Part shown: positions 46,831 through 57,038 of the stretch, piece after piece
Layout: each line of letters opens with the position of its first letter
Position numbering within the stretch: position 1 is the first letter of the stretch
IMG/VR virus record: IMGVR_UViG_3300028805_000070
Location: 69,083 to 133,082 of that record
From: a virus
Lineage: Duplodnaviria; Caudoviricetes
Direction: 5' to 3' (one strand)
Length of the DNA: 64,000 nucleotides
Program-made: the position numbers and the translations under genes
Notes under the pieces: generated by a model
Databases searched by the model: none
What the model was told of the DNA's origin: nothing
What the model saw: the letters and a program-made list of their open reading frames with translations, nothing else

Positions 46831-47310
46831 TTATGACACCTCCATTATATTAATAGCTCGTTCATCTTCATCAAGTGAGGGTGCTTTAAAATCTTTACAC
46901 ATATTACGAATTACGGCTTCAGGAACATTAGCCCTGCCCGTACGCTTAGCATTATGTTCAATACATACATCTACATTTACATTAAAACTAACATAAACAA
47001 TTTCATAATCTTTAAAGTACATATCAATTGCGTGCGTAAGTTTACGACGCGAAAACTCATTCAGATGAGTAGCATCAGCAATTACATCAAACCCATCTAC
47101 TAGAGTCTGAGTTAAGTAGCCAGTAAAGCGCCGAAAGACTTCTTTTTCGCGCGAAAAATACTCTTTATTTGGGTCGATAAGTTCAAAACGAATTTCATCC
47201 CGAGATACGTAACGAATATCATCAGTATCACGATGCTCTTTAATAAAATTTGCTGCCCAGGTAGTTTTACCGCATCCACTCGGTCCACAAAGAATATAAA
47301 GTTTAGGCAT
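46831..47310 (-). CDS. Polynucleotide kinase (T4 Pnk kinase-like, AAA_33)
   Basis: CGPSGCGKTT, SRDEIR, DATHL, VPEAVI. Confidence 0.8.
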   Translation of the reverse strand: MPKLYILCGPSGCGKTTWAANFIKEHRDTDDIRYVSRDEIRFELIDPNKEYFSREKEVFRRFTGYLTQTLVDGFDVIADATHLNEFSRRKLTHAIDMYFKDYEIVYVSFNVNVDVCIEHNAKRTGRANVPEAVIRNMCKDFKAPSLDEDERAINIMEVS

Positions 47311-47900
47311 CTTTATCCTCCCATAATAAACAAGTATGCTCTTTAGGTAGCGGGCCGCCATATTCACATCCATGATGTGTATTATATTTATCTGACATGT
47401 CGAGACAGCGCTTACATGCGAAACAATCTCGATTTTCTTTCCACTCTTTCTGCCACTTTTCAATTAAATCATTATTATCATCTTCATCAAAGAGACTTTT
47501 AAATGTACTAATCATTTCATCTCTCCTTTATGTTCATTCGTATATTTTTTCGGTAATTTTCCATTACGCTTCTCCATCTCTCATGCGCCAATAACGCATA
47601 AATTTATATTTAATAGGACTAATTCTATAAAGGTCCCATGAATATTCTCTATTACAATTAGGGCAGGGCCCAGTTCTATTTGTACTAGGAATTACATCTA
47701 TATGAAGTAAAAAAATTGCGTTGCAATAAGGACACTCGCATGGAATTACTTTCGGCTTATTTGGTCTAATAATACCACTAAAGGCTTCTTCACGCTTTAC
47801 TTTCATTTTACCCTTTCCCTTCCTTTCATAAAAATTATACTATAATTTTTAAAAAAAGTCAAATAAAAAATAGGCGGTAATTTTACTTACCGCCGATTAT

Positions 47901-48281
47901 GAATTGCCAGTCTTAAGGGGCAACTTTTGCGCGAAAGCGCATTATCCCACTGGCGCCGTACGGTGGCGATTTTAGGTGCCGCCGCCATCACACCTATGAT
48001 ACACGGTCGTTATTAGCAGAGTGACCGGTACCTCTGAGGCCGATTTAACGAGCTGGCCGCGTACTCGAAATACCTAGCGTTTCAGGCTCTTTTTAGGGTT
48101 ATTGTGCCTCGAAGAAGGCTGGTAAGAATTAAACTTCGATATTTTGACAGTTCCCCATTCACGCATAGTCCGTTAGAGCCATGGGCTTTAGGATTCATCT
48201 CGTATAGCCGGATTCACATTTCATATCCCCTACTTACGAGAGATGGTTACATATTTTTATTGCGCCGCACCCATCAAGCGC
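47901..48281 (-). ncRNA. Candidate structured ncRNA of about 380 nt
   Basis: GC-rich, hairpin-dense intergenic stretch with no credible ORF, followed by a terminator hairpin at about 47865-47896. Confidence 0.4.
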
Positions 48282-48807
48282 ATATAATTAATCATGCTCG
48301 AAAGCGTGAATAATTTCATCATAAGAAATACAATGTACATCATCTGTATTCATAACAATTTGTTTTAGATACATATCAATAACAAGGTCTTTTCCGTAAT
48401 CTGCGATTACATTATTTGCGGCTTGGCCGTATGAATCGGCCCAGACCAATCCCTCTTCTACCTTTTCTGTGTCAGTATACTCTTCATACCAATTAACACG
48501 ATACTTAAATATCATTATTTTTGCTCCTCCGGAAAGTGCTCATAATAAGTAGTAAGATTGTTATGGACTTTACCTGCTCGCAGCATACGACCAAAGCGTT
48601 TAGCCGCGCGATTGCGAATCAAAGGATGACGATAAGACATTGAAAAAAATCGCATTGCACCCTTAATAGTCTGCCAACCATTATTAACTGACCAAACTTC
48701 TAAGTCACACATTTCTCTCGCTTGCTGACTCCAAGATTTAGGATGGTACGTATACATTCTCATCTCCCCTTTCTGTATAACTATTATACCAGAAAATTAC
48801 CTAAAAG

Positions 48808-49248
48808 TCAAATATTAGGATGCCATTCTTCAATTTTAATATTACGCTCTCGAAACCATTGCTGCACTACAACACGTTCGCTACAGGGATTCGTAGGAGT
48901 TTCATAGAAGAGGAATGCGAAATCAACTTCTGGAAGGCGCTCATCCGCGCAGATTTGTGTGGCAAGTTTTCCTAAGCTATCTTGAATGGTAACTAAACTA
49001 ACTTTATCAAGCTGCTTTTTATAGTTTTGAAGAAAGAGACAGTCAGCTGGATGCTTAGGATCACATTTTCCATTACATAAACCATCGCATTCGCGCCCGG
49101 GCTTGAATGGCGGACAGTCTACACAGATTACTCCGCGCGCGTCTTTACCCATAGGGCGCCACTTGGGGTTCCACACACATGTGGAAAGTCCGACGAGATT
49201 AGTAGGGAAGTGACGTACTTGCGCCCAATATGAGGTATATAGTTTCAT
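48808..49248 (-). CDS. DUF488-like protein
   Basis: LYTSYW start; YETP..PCSER..V..W motif. Confidence 0.5.
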   Translation of the reverse strand: MKLYTSYWAQVRHFPTNLVGLSTCVWNPKWRPMGKDARGVICVDCPPFKPGRECDGLCNGKCDPKHPADCLFLQNYKKQLDKVSLVTIQDSLGKLATQICADERLPEVDFAFLFYETPTNPCSERVVVQQWFRERNIKIEEWHPNI

Positions 49249-49423
49249 TTCTTATTCTCCCAAATTAACATTCATCTTCCCACAATCGTAAAAGTAAATC
49301 GTGAGTTTGATTATACCATTTAAAATGACTAAAAAATGAATCTAGTGTAGGATAGTTGGCAATAAATATACATATTTTCTCTAGCATATTTTCTCTCATA
49401 TCGTTCATAATTCCTCCAATAAG

Positions 49424-49511
49424 CGACACTACGAGGATTCGAACCTCGGCACCCTTTTACAAGTGACTTCTGATTAGCAATCAGATGCCTTACCAACTCG
49501 GCCATAGTGTC
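49424..49511 (-). tRNA. tRNA-Ser(GCT)
   Basis: Cloverleaf, TCTGA-TTGCTAA-TCAGA, long variable arm. Confidence 0.9.
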
Positions 49512-49860
49512 ATATTAAACTTCAGTAATCTTAAATTCAGTAGTAAAATACGTACCACAAAAATCGCACCTACCGTGCCCAAATGCTAATTCAAACGTAC
49601 TACCGCATTTAGGACAAGTAATTGGATGTGCTTCAATCAATTTACATTGAAGTGCATATACTTTTCCATTTGGCATTTGTATTTTGTCAATGATACCATC
49701 TACTTGCGTTCTATCCTCTAATGTATACATATTTCCTCCAATGAAAAAACGCCGCGGAAGAGTTGCGGATACTACTCGGCCTCTTTCAAATAGGGCTTTT
49801 CACCTGAACGGTTCCCAACGCGGCAATCTATTAGCGCCGAAGCGCGAATATTCAAATAAA

Positions 49861-49957
49861 CTAGGCCATTTAAATTTGAAGGGATCGAACCTTCTCAAAA
49901 ATTTTAACATCAAAAAATTTTCTTCAACCTTTATTATAAAATTGCTGTAATGGCCTA
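49861..49957 (-). ncRNA. CAGCA-stem RNA 1 (contains a T arm)
   Basis: TAGGCCATT-ACAGCAA...GAAGG-TTCGATC-CCTTC...AATGGCCTAG. Confidence 0.7.
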
Positions 49958-49961
49958 AAAA

Positions 49962-50012
49962 CTAGACGGTCTTCTTACATACACTATGTAGTTAATATGC
50001 TGTATCCGTCTA
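49962..50012 (-). ncRNA. CAGCA-stem RNA 2
   Basis: TAGACGGAT-ACAGCAT...CCGTCTAG. Confidence 0.65.
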
Positions 50013-50017
50013 TAACG

Positions 50018-50093
50018 TCCGAGTTGAGGGATTCGAACCCATTCGACCTCACGGTCCCGAACCGCGCGCTCTACCAAGCTGAGCTAAACCCGG
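50018..50093 (-). tRNA. tRNA-Pro(CGG)
   Basis: CGCGG-TTCGGGA-CCGTG. Confidence 0.88.
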
Positions 50094-50205
50094 ATATGCG
50101 GCTTCCGCCGCGAAAAAAGAAAGGAGATGATTCACAAATGTTTTGCAAGCTCAAATCTTGTTGCCTCTTATATCTACTCTTATCTCTCTTTCTGTAATTA
50201 TTATA

Positions 50206-50737
50206 TCATAAATTTTGTTCATTGTCAAACATTTGATCTTTTATTTCTTCAAGTTTACGTTTATCAGAAATATTATTTTCACCATGTTTAGTTAGCCCTC
50301 GACACAAAGGACATGAGCAATATATTTTATTCTTGGAGTATTGATGAAGATTATCATACCATCCTTCTGGCCACTGATACACCTCTTCTACAATTTTGCG
50401 CTTACGAATGGCTTTTTTCCAATCATTATGCCGTTTTTCGGCCTTATTCCTCATAATTATCATCCCCATTTAATTGTTCATTAATTGAGTCTAATTTTTT
50501 TTGATCAGAGGGACTCCAATTTTTTGAAGGAGCATAATTTTTTGGACGATATCTATGCTTACCTTTATTATTCGTTTTAAAAATTCTATTAGGATTATGA
50601 AGTTTATCTTTAGCATATTGATGAATATATTTAAAAACAGGCTTTCGATATCCTCCTTCAGTATCCATCTCTAACTCTACTCTTCGATGAATTTTAGCCC
50701 ATGTATTTTTACGGCGTTCAGCTCTACTTCTCATATG
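50206..50737 (-). CDS. Two tandem paralogous small basic proteins
   Basis: MRNKAEKRH.. and MRSRAERRK.. starts; shared HQY.K.K and D..KL motifs. Confidence 0.55.
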
Positions 50738-50759
50738 CATCAACTCCAATATAATAATA

Positions 50760-50844
50760 CTGCGCGCGAAGGAATCGAACCTTATGCCTTTTACAACACC
50801 GCCCGATTTCCAGTCGGGGCTAGCTCCAAGCTAGGTCACGCGCA
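50760..50844 (-). tRNA. tRNA-Ser(GGA), 8/4 fold
   Basis: 8-bp acceptor TGCGCGTG/CGCGCGCA, 4-bp T stem, loop CTGGAAA, G73. Confidence 0.75.
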
Positions 50845-50847
50845 TCG

Positions 50848-50935
50848 TGGCGACAGGCAGAGGACTCGCACCCCAACCCATAAGGGTCCATCCGCTTTCG
50901 AGGCGGCGCCAGCGGGCTTTACTGGTTTACCTGCC
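50848..50935 (-). tRNA. tRNA-Ser(CGA), 8/4 fold, CCA encoded
   Basis: 8-bp acceptor GGCAGGTA/TGCCTGTC, 4-bp T stem, loop CTCGAAA, GCCA end. Confidence 0.75.
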
Positions 50936-51175
50936 ATTATTCCCATGGAAATTTATTGACAATTATTGGTACATTATTATGCTATTTCTTATGTGCTCCA
51001 CAATTTGGGCAATAGCTATATAAGGAACCAATTTCTTGTTCAAAAATAAAATCATTTTCTATTTTTTTATTGCGCGAACAGGCGTATTCAAATCCACATC
51101 GACAATGAGCATATAAAGCCAAATCAAAATTATATTTTCTTATTTCCCAATGATGGTCAATACCTCGACCTTTTC

Positions 51176-51484
51176 TCATACTGACTCCATAAACATAACT
51201 GCTTTTCCATGTTCGAGCGCATATTTAATTTCGCTCTTAGTACTCTCACCAACATATCCGCCTTTATTAATTACATAAATGGCATCAGCCATATCAATTT
51301 TACGCTTATGAATGTCATCTAGCATTACTTTCTAATCATCAGTGAAGCTATCGCCAGAGTGGCCAAAAGCGCCAACACTAATAACGATGTTGCCAGCCAA
51401 GGTAAGTTCTCTATTAACACGTTCGAAATCCTCCTTGAACTTTGTGGAGCCGCATAATGTTATTACTTTATAATTGCCTATCAT
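51176..51484 (-). CDS. NDT-like / DUF4406-like protein (1 in-frame TAG)
   Basis: ITLCGSTKF...DD*KVMLDDIHKRKIDMADAIYVINKGGYVGEST..EI.YA. Confidence 0.8.
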
Positions 51485-51499
51485 ATATCCTCCATAATG

Positions 51500-51571
51500 A
51501 GGTTCCAGTGAGAGTCGAACTCACTAACGTGGATTTTGCAGACACATACCCGACCGACGAGCATTGGAACC
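51500..51571 (-). tRNA. tRNA-Cys(GCA)
   Basis: Loop CTGCAAA, U73; atypical D arm. Confidence 0.75.
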
Positions 51572-51725
51572 TATAATAAAGTTGATGGTAAATCCACGTG
51601 GTTCCTTATTTAATTACGACAACCTCACTATTAATATCGTGTTTAATAGTTACTAAATCCGTCTCCCATCTATCGACACTTCTGCCGCTGCTTGGAGTTT
51701 TTCTCCTAGGATAGCAGTACCCTTG

Positions 51726-51796
51726 TGGAGATACGGGGTGACGCTCCCCGGCCTGAAGCTTGCAAAGCTACTGTTCTACTGTTATACTATATTCCC
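51726..51796 (-). tRNA. tRNA-Ala(TGC)
   Basis: G3:U70, loop TTTGCAA. Confidence 0.8.
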
Positions 51797-51801
51797 ATAA
51801 G

Positions 51802-51875
51802 TACCCGAAAGAGGATTTGAACCTCCAAAACTCTGGTTCTTAGCCAGATACCTATGCCAATTCGGTTATTCGGGC
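51802..51875 (-). tRNA. tRNA-Leu(AAG), short variable arm
   Basis: TCTGG-CTAAGAA-CCAGA. Confidence 0.8.
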
Positions 51876-51962
51876 AAATACCTCCCTGGTTGTGCAGTCA
51901 AAGTACCCAGGGCACAAGGATTTTTAGGGGTTTGGCTTGATCTTCAAATACTGCGCTAAATG

Positions 51963-52034
51963 CGCCCGAGGTAGGGATCGAACCTACTTCTTCGCATCTA
52001 TTCGCGCCGGCCTTCCAACCTAGACGACTCGGGC
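51963..52034 (-). tRNA. Degenerate tRNA-like element, anticodon undetermined
   Basis: Good acceptor, D and T arms; irregular anticodon arm CGCGAATAGATGCG. Confidence 0.5.
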
Positions 52035-52039
52035 TTAAA

Positions 52040-52108
52040 CAAGACCTGTTTGTAAAGCGGGTTAGATTAACAGTCTAATACTTAATAAAATAGTTGCTGA
52101 CAGGTCTT
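52040..52108 (-). ncRNA. CAGCA-stem RNA 3 (Asn GUU anticodon stem-loop payload)
   Basis: AAGACCTGT-CAGCAA...TTAGA-CTGTTAA-TCTAA...ACAGGTCTTG. Confidence 0.7.
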
Positions 52109-52111
52109 TTA

Positions 52112-52185
52112 TGGCAGGGAATACGCGATTCGAACACGTATCAAGGCTTTTGGAGAGCCGTATGCTACCGTTACACCAATCCCCT
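52112..52185 (-). tRNA. tRNA-Trp(CCA)
   Basis: Loop CTCCAAA, GCCA end. Confidence 0.9.
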
Positions 52186-52192
52186 ATGGGAA

Positions 52193-52660
52193 TTATTTTC
52201 CCTTATTTTTACCTGCATAGGTTTCAGTCTGTGAATGACAATTAGGACATAAAAATCTAAGATTTTCTAATCTATTATCTCGGTTATTACCATTTTTATG
52301 ATCTAGCTGTAAACTAATAGGTTTATTTAACCATTCAGTAATACCACAGATAGCACATTTATAATCTAATAATTTAGCATCAAGTAATCTATTTTTTAAA
52401 TGTGTTGTAGAAGCATATGTAGAATTTTCTACTAATATATCATCTAAACTACGCTTTATGCCCTAATTACCTATACTTTTACCACGATTAAAATGTTTGG
52501 TAGAACATTCTAATTCTTGAATTCGTCTTTTTAGAACATCGGTAGAAGAACCGCCATTTGTACCTAAACCCAATGCTCTTAAACAATCTGAATAACTAAA
52601 ACTGTTAGCGACGATTGTTTTAAACTCTTCATCAGAAACCTAATAAATTTTACTTTTCAT
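52193..52660 (-). CDS. HNH endonuclease (2 in-frame TAG)
   Basis: CAICG...LQLDHKNGNNRDNRLENLRFLCPNCHS; paralog of 53820-54281. Confidence 0.85.
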
Positions 52661-52746
52661 ATTAATCACTCCTATGATTATATAAAATAGAGCCGGTGTA
52701 GGAGCACCTTATACTCATTAGAGAGCGACTCTAATGCTACCTCAAG

Positions 52747-52823
52747 TCGGAGTGGGTAGATTCGAACTACCGAAACCTCTTGTTTATCAGACAAGCGCTC
52801 TTGACCTACTGAGCTACACTCCG
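52747..52823 (-). tRNA. tRNA-Ile(GAT)
   Basis: CTTGT-CTGATAA-ACAAG. Confidence 0.9.
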
Positions 52824-53819
52824 GAAGCTTCCCCTGTGCCAACTCATTAACGTAACGGGCCACAGGGAGACCGACTACACATACATCTATTTAAAACTCA
52901 CGTGATATCTCTATCTTGCATTACTAATGCCTTTCATCCCAAGGGTGTATATCGTTTCAACTTGCTCGGGCAAGAGATTACCGCCACCTTTCCGCGCCTT
53001 GTAGTCACAGCCATATCAGGTGGATTCGGTACTTTCCTTATATAAACCAATATCGTTTATTTCTTGTTTTGTGGCATAACGCCATTTATAACCGCCTACA
53101 CCACAACGTCTATTATGACAAGTATCTTGTATATGACTATATGATAATCCAGTGTGTTTTGCCGCGGCATAAGCAGAATTATAAATATGTACTATTTTTT
53201 TATCCTTTAATTGAGCTACCGGTTTACTTGGATTATTTATCATCATCTTTATTTCCTGTAACTTCATTTAAAAATTCGCGCATAAACTTAAAAAACTCTT
53301 CGTCTTCAAGGAAAAATACATCTCTGCTAGTATTTACGCGACAGGCACGTTCCATATTAAGAACAAACTGCCCGAAGCGCCAATCCGGAAATTTGTGCCA
53401 TAATTCTGCAAGTTCATTACAATACTTATCAATACGATTCGGATCGCGCATACTTATCTCCTTCCATAGTCTTCCGTGCCACAATAAGCGCATTTATGAT
53501 TAGTCATTGGAGCACCACAATTAGGGCAATTTGTAGCATATTCTTTTACTTCTTCAAAATATGATTCTTCTATACAAGTCCAGCTAGACCCATCAAATAT
53601 CCACACTTGACCATATCTCATAGTTATGTCACCATAATTATAAAATATATTAGGATCATATTCACCCATAAAATTAGCTGCAGGAGTAGTTATATCTTTA
53701 ATATATCCCATAACTTTTCCATCAACAGTCATAAGTGTGCTCCTTTCTTTTTACATATAAATTATAATATAATTTATATAAAAAGTCAAATACTAGGTGC
53801 TAGATGGGACTCGAACCCA

Positions 53820-54281
53820 TTATTTCATATCTACTCTTCCAGCGCCTTTAGAATAAGTAGGTAATTGCCTATCACAATTTGGGCACACCCATCTTAAATT
53901 TTCTAATCTGTCATCATGATGTTTACCATTAATATGATCTAACGTCAAAACTAATGGTTTGCCATTCCATTCTGGCGGTAATCCACAAATAGCACATTTA
54001 TATTCTGTATAATGTCCTCGCTCATACCATCTGCGTAAAACACTTTGATTAGCGGTAGAATTTTCAACAAAAATATTTTCTGGAGTTCTTATTGTTGCTT
54101 CTTTAGTATAAAAATGACTAGTATCAATTCCATATTTTTCTATACGGTTACGCACTGTTTTATAACCCGTACCGCCATCAGAACTATAACCTAATTTTAA
54201 TGCTAAATCTCGCCAACAATTAGATTGCTTAACCTTTTCGGTTAATTCTTCAATACTAAATTGATCTACTAATGCTTTCAT
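53820..54281 (-). CDS. HNH endonuclease
   Basis: CAICG...LDHINGKHHDDRLENLRWVCPNC. Confidence 0.88.
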   Translation of the reverse strand: MKALVDQFSIEELTEKVKQSNCWRDLALKLGYSSDGGTGYKTVRNRIEKYGIDTSHFYTKEATIRTPENIFVENSTANQSVLRRWYERGHYTEYKCAICGLPPEWNGKPLVLTLDHINGKHHDDRLENLRWVCPNCDRQLPTYSKGAGRVDMK

Positions 54282-54303
54282 TTTATCACCTTCATAATAT
54301 TAG

Positions 54304-54375
54304 GAGGAAGGATAGGAGTCGAACCTACATCACTTGAGCCACAATCAAGGGTTTTACCGTTAAACTACCAACCAC
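54304..54375 (-). tRNA. tRNA-His(GTG), weak acceptor stem
   Basis: CTTGA-TTGTGGC-TCAAG, G-1. Confidence 0.75.
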
Positions 54376-54382
54376 ATGACAG

Positions 54383-54454
54383 TACCGGAGTAGGGAGTCG
54401 AACCCTAATCAAGAGATTAGAAGTCTCTTGTCGTATCCGTTGGACCACTCCAGC
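54383..54454 (-). tRNA. tRNA-Arg(TCT)
   Basis: AGAGA-CTTCTAA-TCTCT. Confidence 0.9.
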
Positions 54455-54458
54455 ATAG

Positions 54459-54530
54459 TGCGCGTGACAGGACTCGAACCTGCGACTCATGGATTAAAAG
54501 TCCATTACCTTACCACTTGGTTACACGCGC
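54459..54530 (-). tRNA. tRNA-Lys(TTT)
   Basis: ATGGA-CTTTTAA-TCCAT. Confidence 0.9.
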
Positions 54531-54732
54531 AAGATATAATGTTTAAATCTCCTATGTTTTCGTTTCATTTCAATCACTTCCTATTATATTTCCAAATATG
54601 ATAATTATCAATCATATCTGACCACCAAATAATAAATCTAGTTCTAAATTGCCACCACTTTACATCGGGTAAACTATCAAGATATTCTTGCAATGGCTTA
54701 AACTTACCTGGATTCATAAAATCACTCCGATG

Positions 54733-54805
54733 TGCGCCATGAGGGACTCGAACCCACAACTCCAGCATTAAGAGTGCCGTACTCTACCAATTGAATTAAT
54801 GGCGC
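54733..54805 (-). tRNA. tRNA-Lys(CTT)
   Basis: CGGCA-CTCTTAA-TGCTG. Confidence 0.9.
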
Positions 54806-55236
54806 AAATTTTCTAATTGTTTATTAAATTCATAATCAGTGGCAAAACGAATACCTTTGGTTTGACCATTTTTACTTGGAACTAATCTTAAAGTTAATTC
54901 TTGTCTAAATGTTCCATCTTCATCACCAAAATACAATCCACACCAATTATTTTCTTGACAGTATAAAAAGAACATATCAATTTCTTCTTTTGTATATTTA
55001 TTACTACTCCAGTTCCCTTTTACATAATTTGTAGTTTTGGTGGCAAATACCATTGCTGCCGCGTCTTTAATTGATGTAGTAGTTTTTACTTGTACACGAT
55101 ATAGTTTATTATCAATTTCAACAATCAAATCATATCGTGCATTGTTACTAAAAGGTTTTGATACAATGCAATCTGCCTGTGTAAATTTAGTAATAGCCAT
55201 AACTTCTCCTAAATCACCAACACTTACAGTATTCAT
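54796..55236 (-). CDS. PD-(D/E)XK endonuclease (group I intron-associated type)
   Basis: GDLGE, RYDLIV, RVQVKT, YTKEEIDMF. Confidence 0.8.
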   Translation of the reverse strand: MNTVSVGDLGEVMAITKFTQADCIVSKPFSNNARYDLIVEIDNKLYRVQVKTTTSIKDAAAMVFATKTTNYVKGNWSSNKYTKEEIDMFFLYCQENNWCGLYFGDEDGTFRQELTLRLVPSKNGQTKGIRFATDYEFNKQLENLRH

Positions 55237-55260
55237 TATATCACCTCAATAATCAAAATA

Positions 55261-55355
55261 TGGCGTGCCAGGAAGAGAATTACACTCTCAATGCTATTGT
55301 CGACTTAATAGCACCGGACTTACCGCCGGTTCCTTACCTACTTGGATACTGACAC
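55261..55355 (-). tRNA. Atypical class II tRNA-like gene (8-nt anticodon loop)
   Basis: GTGTCAG/CTGGCAC-GCCA acceptor, ACCGG-CGGTAAGT-CCGGT, long variable hairpin, non-canonical T loop. Confidence 0.55.
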
Positions 55356-55446
55356 ATGTGGCGGAAAGGGGATATTTACGACCTCCTCTCCCCGTTACAG
55401 GTCCGCCATTGGCGCAAGTCTTCTACGGTAACTTGTTCCCAAATAA

Positions 55447-55986
55447 TTATGGCCACTCTCCAAGCGGCATTCCAAGTCCTGCACGCTCTACATTGGTGTT
55501 GAAGAATACACCTTCGGTCGCGGGGCCAGTTAGAAGTTCGTTCGCAATTGTCTCATACAAAGTACTAATAACACCATGGCAATCATTTAGATTATCGGCC
55601 GCGAACTGCACAACACAATTGTTAAATACAACATAGGTAGTACCAATCCACTGATAGCCTTCTTCCGCGGGGCAGACAGAATACGCATAGGCAGGATTTC
55701 CCTTAAACGCAGTTTCAAATAGCACAACCTTGCTCTTGAAGGTGCGATTACTTGGAACTCCATCAATCATTATCTTTAGCTTAATATTGCCAAAACTTAC
55801 TTCTTCAGGTAGAATCTGTAGAAGAGCGGCTACTTTGTCTCCATTGTTACAAGAAAGAACAACAGAAGGATGCTCGCCACTAAAATCGACATTAAAAGCA
55901 ATTTGAGGATCGCCATCAAATAGAGCTTCTAGCTTGCGTACCACGATAGTCCAGGGCGGTAGGATTTTTAGTCTGGGTTCATTCAT
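55447..55986 (-). CDS. hypothetical phage protein
   Basis: SD GGAGGT, 179-aa ORF. Confidence 0.7.
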   Translation of the reverse strand: MNEPRLKILPPWTIVVRKLEALFDGDPQIAFNVDFSGEHPSVVLSCNNGDKVAALLQILPEEVSFGNIKLKIMIDGVPSNRTFKSKVVLFETAFKGNPAYAYSVCPAEEGYQWIGTTYVVFNNCVVQFAADNLNDCHGVISTLYETIANELLTGPATEGVFFNTNVERAGLGMPLGEWP

Positions 55987-56028
55987 ATTATAGGTACCTC
56001 CAAAATGAATTTACGCTTTTGCGCAAAG

Positions 56029-56100
56029 TCTCCAGCCGACGATTTGAACGCCGATTCCATGGTCCGTAGCCATGTGTTCTATCCCTTAGACTAGCCGGAG
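56029..56100 (-). tRNA. tRNA-Arg(ACG)
   Basis: CATGG-CTACGGA-CCATG. Confidence 0.85.
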
Positions 56101-56580
56101 AAGCAGGACGCGCTCTCGCGCACCCGAAAACTCCTTGTACACTTGGTACATGAGATTGAGGAGACCATTACTTTGCTTTCTTATATACCGCTTTCCACTA
56201 AGCCACATATCAACAACCTTATTGGGTCACTTAAATTGGCTTCTCTAATTCAGTTATTGCCGGTGGTAGTTTATCGTCTCCATAAATCCATGTTAGCGGT
56301 TCTGCCATCTCTTTCCCGTGGGCTCTTGTTATAACGGAATTTGGTACCAACCCAAGCTTCTATCCTTTCGGTCTTGCCATACGCCAAGAGAGATGGTGGA
56401 AGGCGCCGACTAGTATATTCTCCATGGATGCCGGTCGGCTCAGCACGGTATTCATTCCTACCGAGGACGTTGTGCTACCTTTATGGGCCGTGGTGCGCTT
56501 GCAAAGCCTAGGCGTGAACCCTCTCGCAGTAGTAGCACGGGATGCGTCAAATCCATCCACTGGGTTGTCAGCTGAACAAC
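56101..56580 (-). ncRNA. Large structured RNA A (AGAACCGC...GCGGTATATAA family)
   Basis: Non-coding GC-rich gap between tRNAs; motif at 56296-56303 and 56181-56191. Confidence 0.55.
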
Positions 56581-56585
56581 AATCG

Positions 56586-56659
56586 TACCTCTCGTGAGAT
56601 TCGGACTCACACTTTACATGTTTTGAGCGTGTCATCTCTGCCAGTTGGATTAGAGAGGC
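56586..56659 (-). tRNA. tRNA-Leu(CAA), short variable arm
   Basis: ACACG-CTCAAAA-CATGT. Confidence 0.8.
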
Positions 56660-56767
56660 ATGGACGGGATTTTTGACAAGAACCCGAAAACTTGCCGCAA
56701 TATTTGTGGAATTGGCCAGCACGTTCCTGGTTGCGAAGTTTACCTCCCATGGGATTAGAGAGGCATA

Positions 56768-56853
56768 TGGTGCGCCGGGGTGGAGTCGAACCACCGATGT
56801 TTCTTCGTCGCGGATTTACAGTCCGCTGTCTTCGCCACTGGACATACCGACGC
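56768..56853 (-). tRNA. tRNA-Tyr(GTA)
   Basis: GCGGA-CTGTAAA-TCCGC, ACCA end. Confidence 0.9.
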
Positions 56854-56963
56854 ATATAAATGGGAAGCTTCCCGCGTAGCAACGGTTATCCCTATCCCTG
56901 CAGGTTTGATTTCTGGAGCTCAACCTACTGAACATCTCCGAAGCCTTTCATGCTACTATGGCC

Positions 56964-57038
56964 TGGTACCGGTGGGTGGATTTGGACCACCGACCCACAG
57001 GATATGAATCTGTTGCTCTACCACTGAGCTACACCGGC
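56964..57038 (-). tRNA. tRNA-Met/Ile2(CAT)
   Basis: Loop TTCATAT, ACCA end. Confidence 0.85.
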
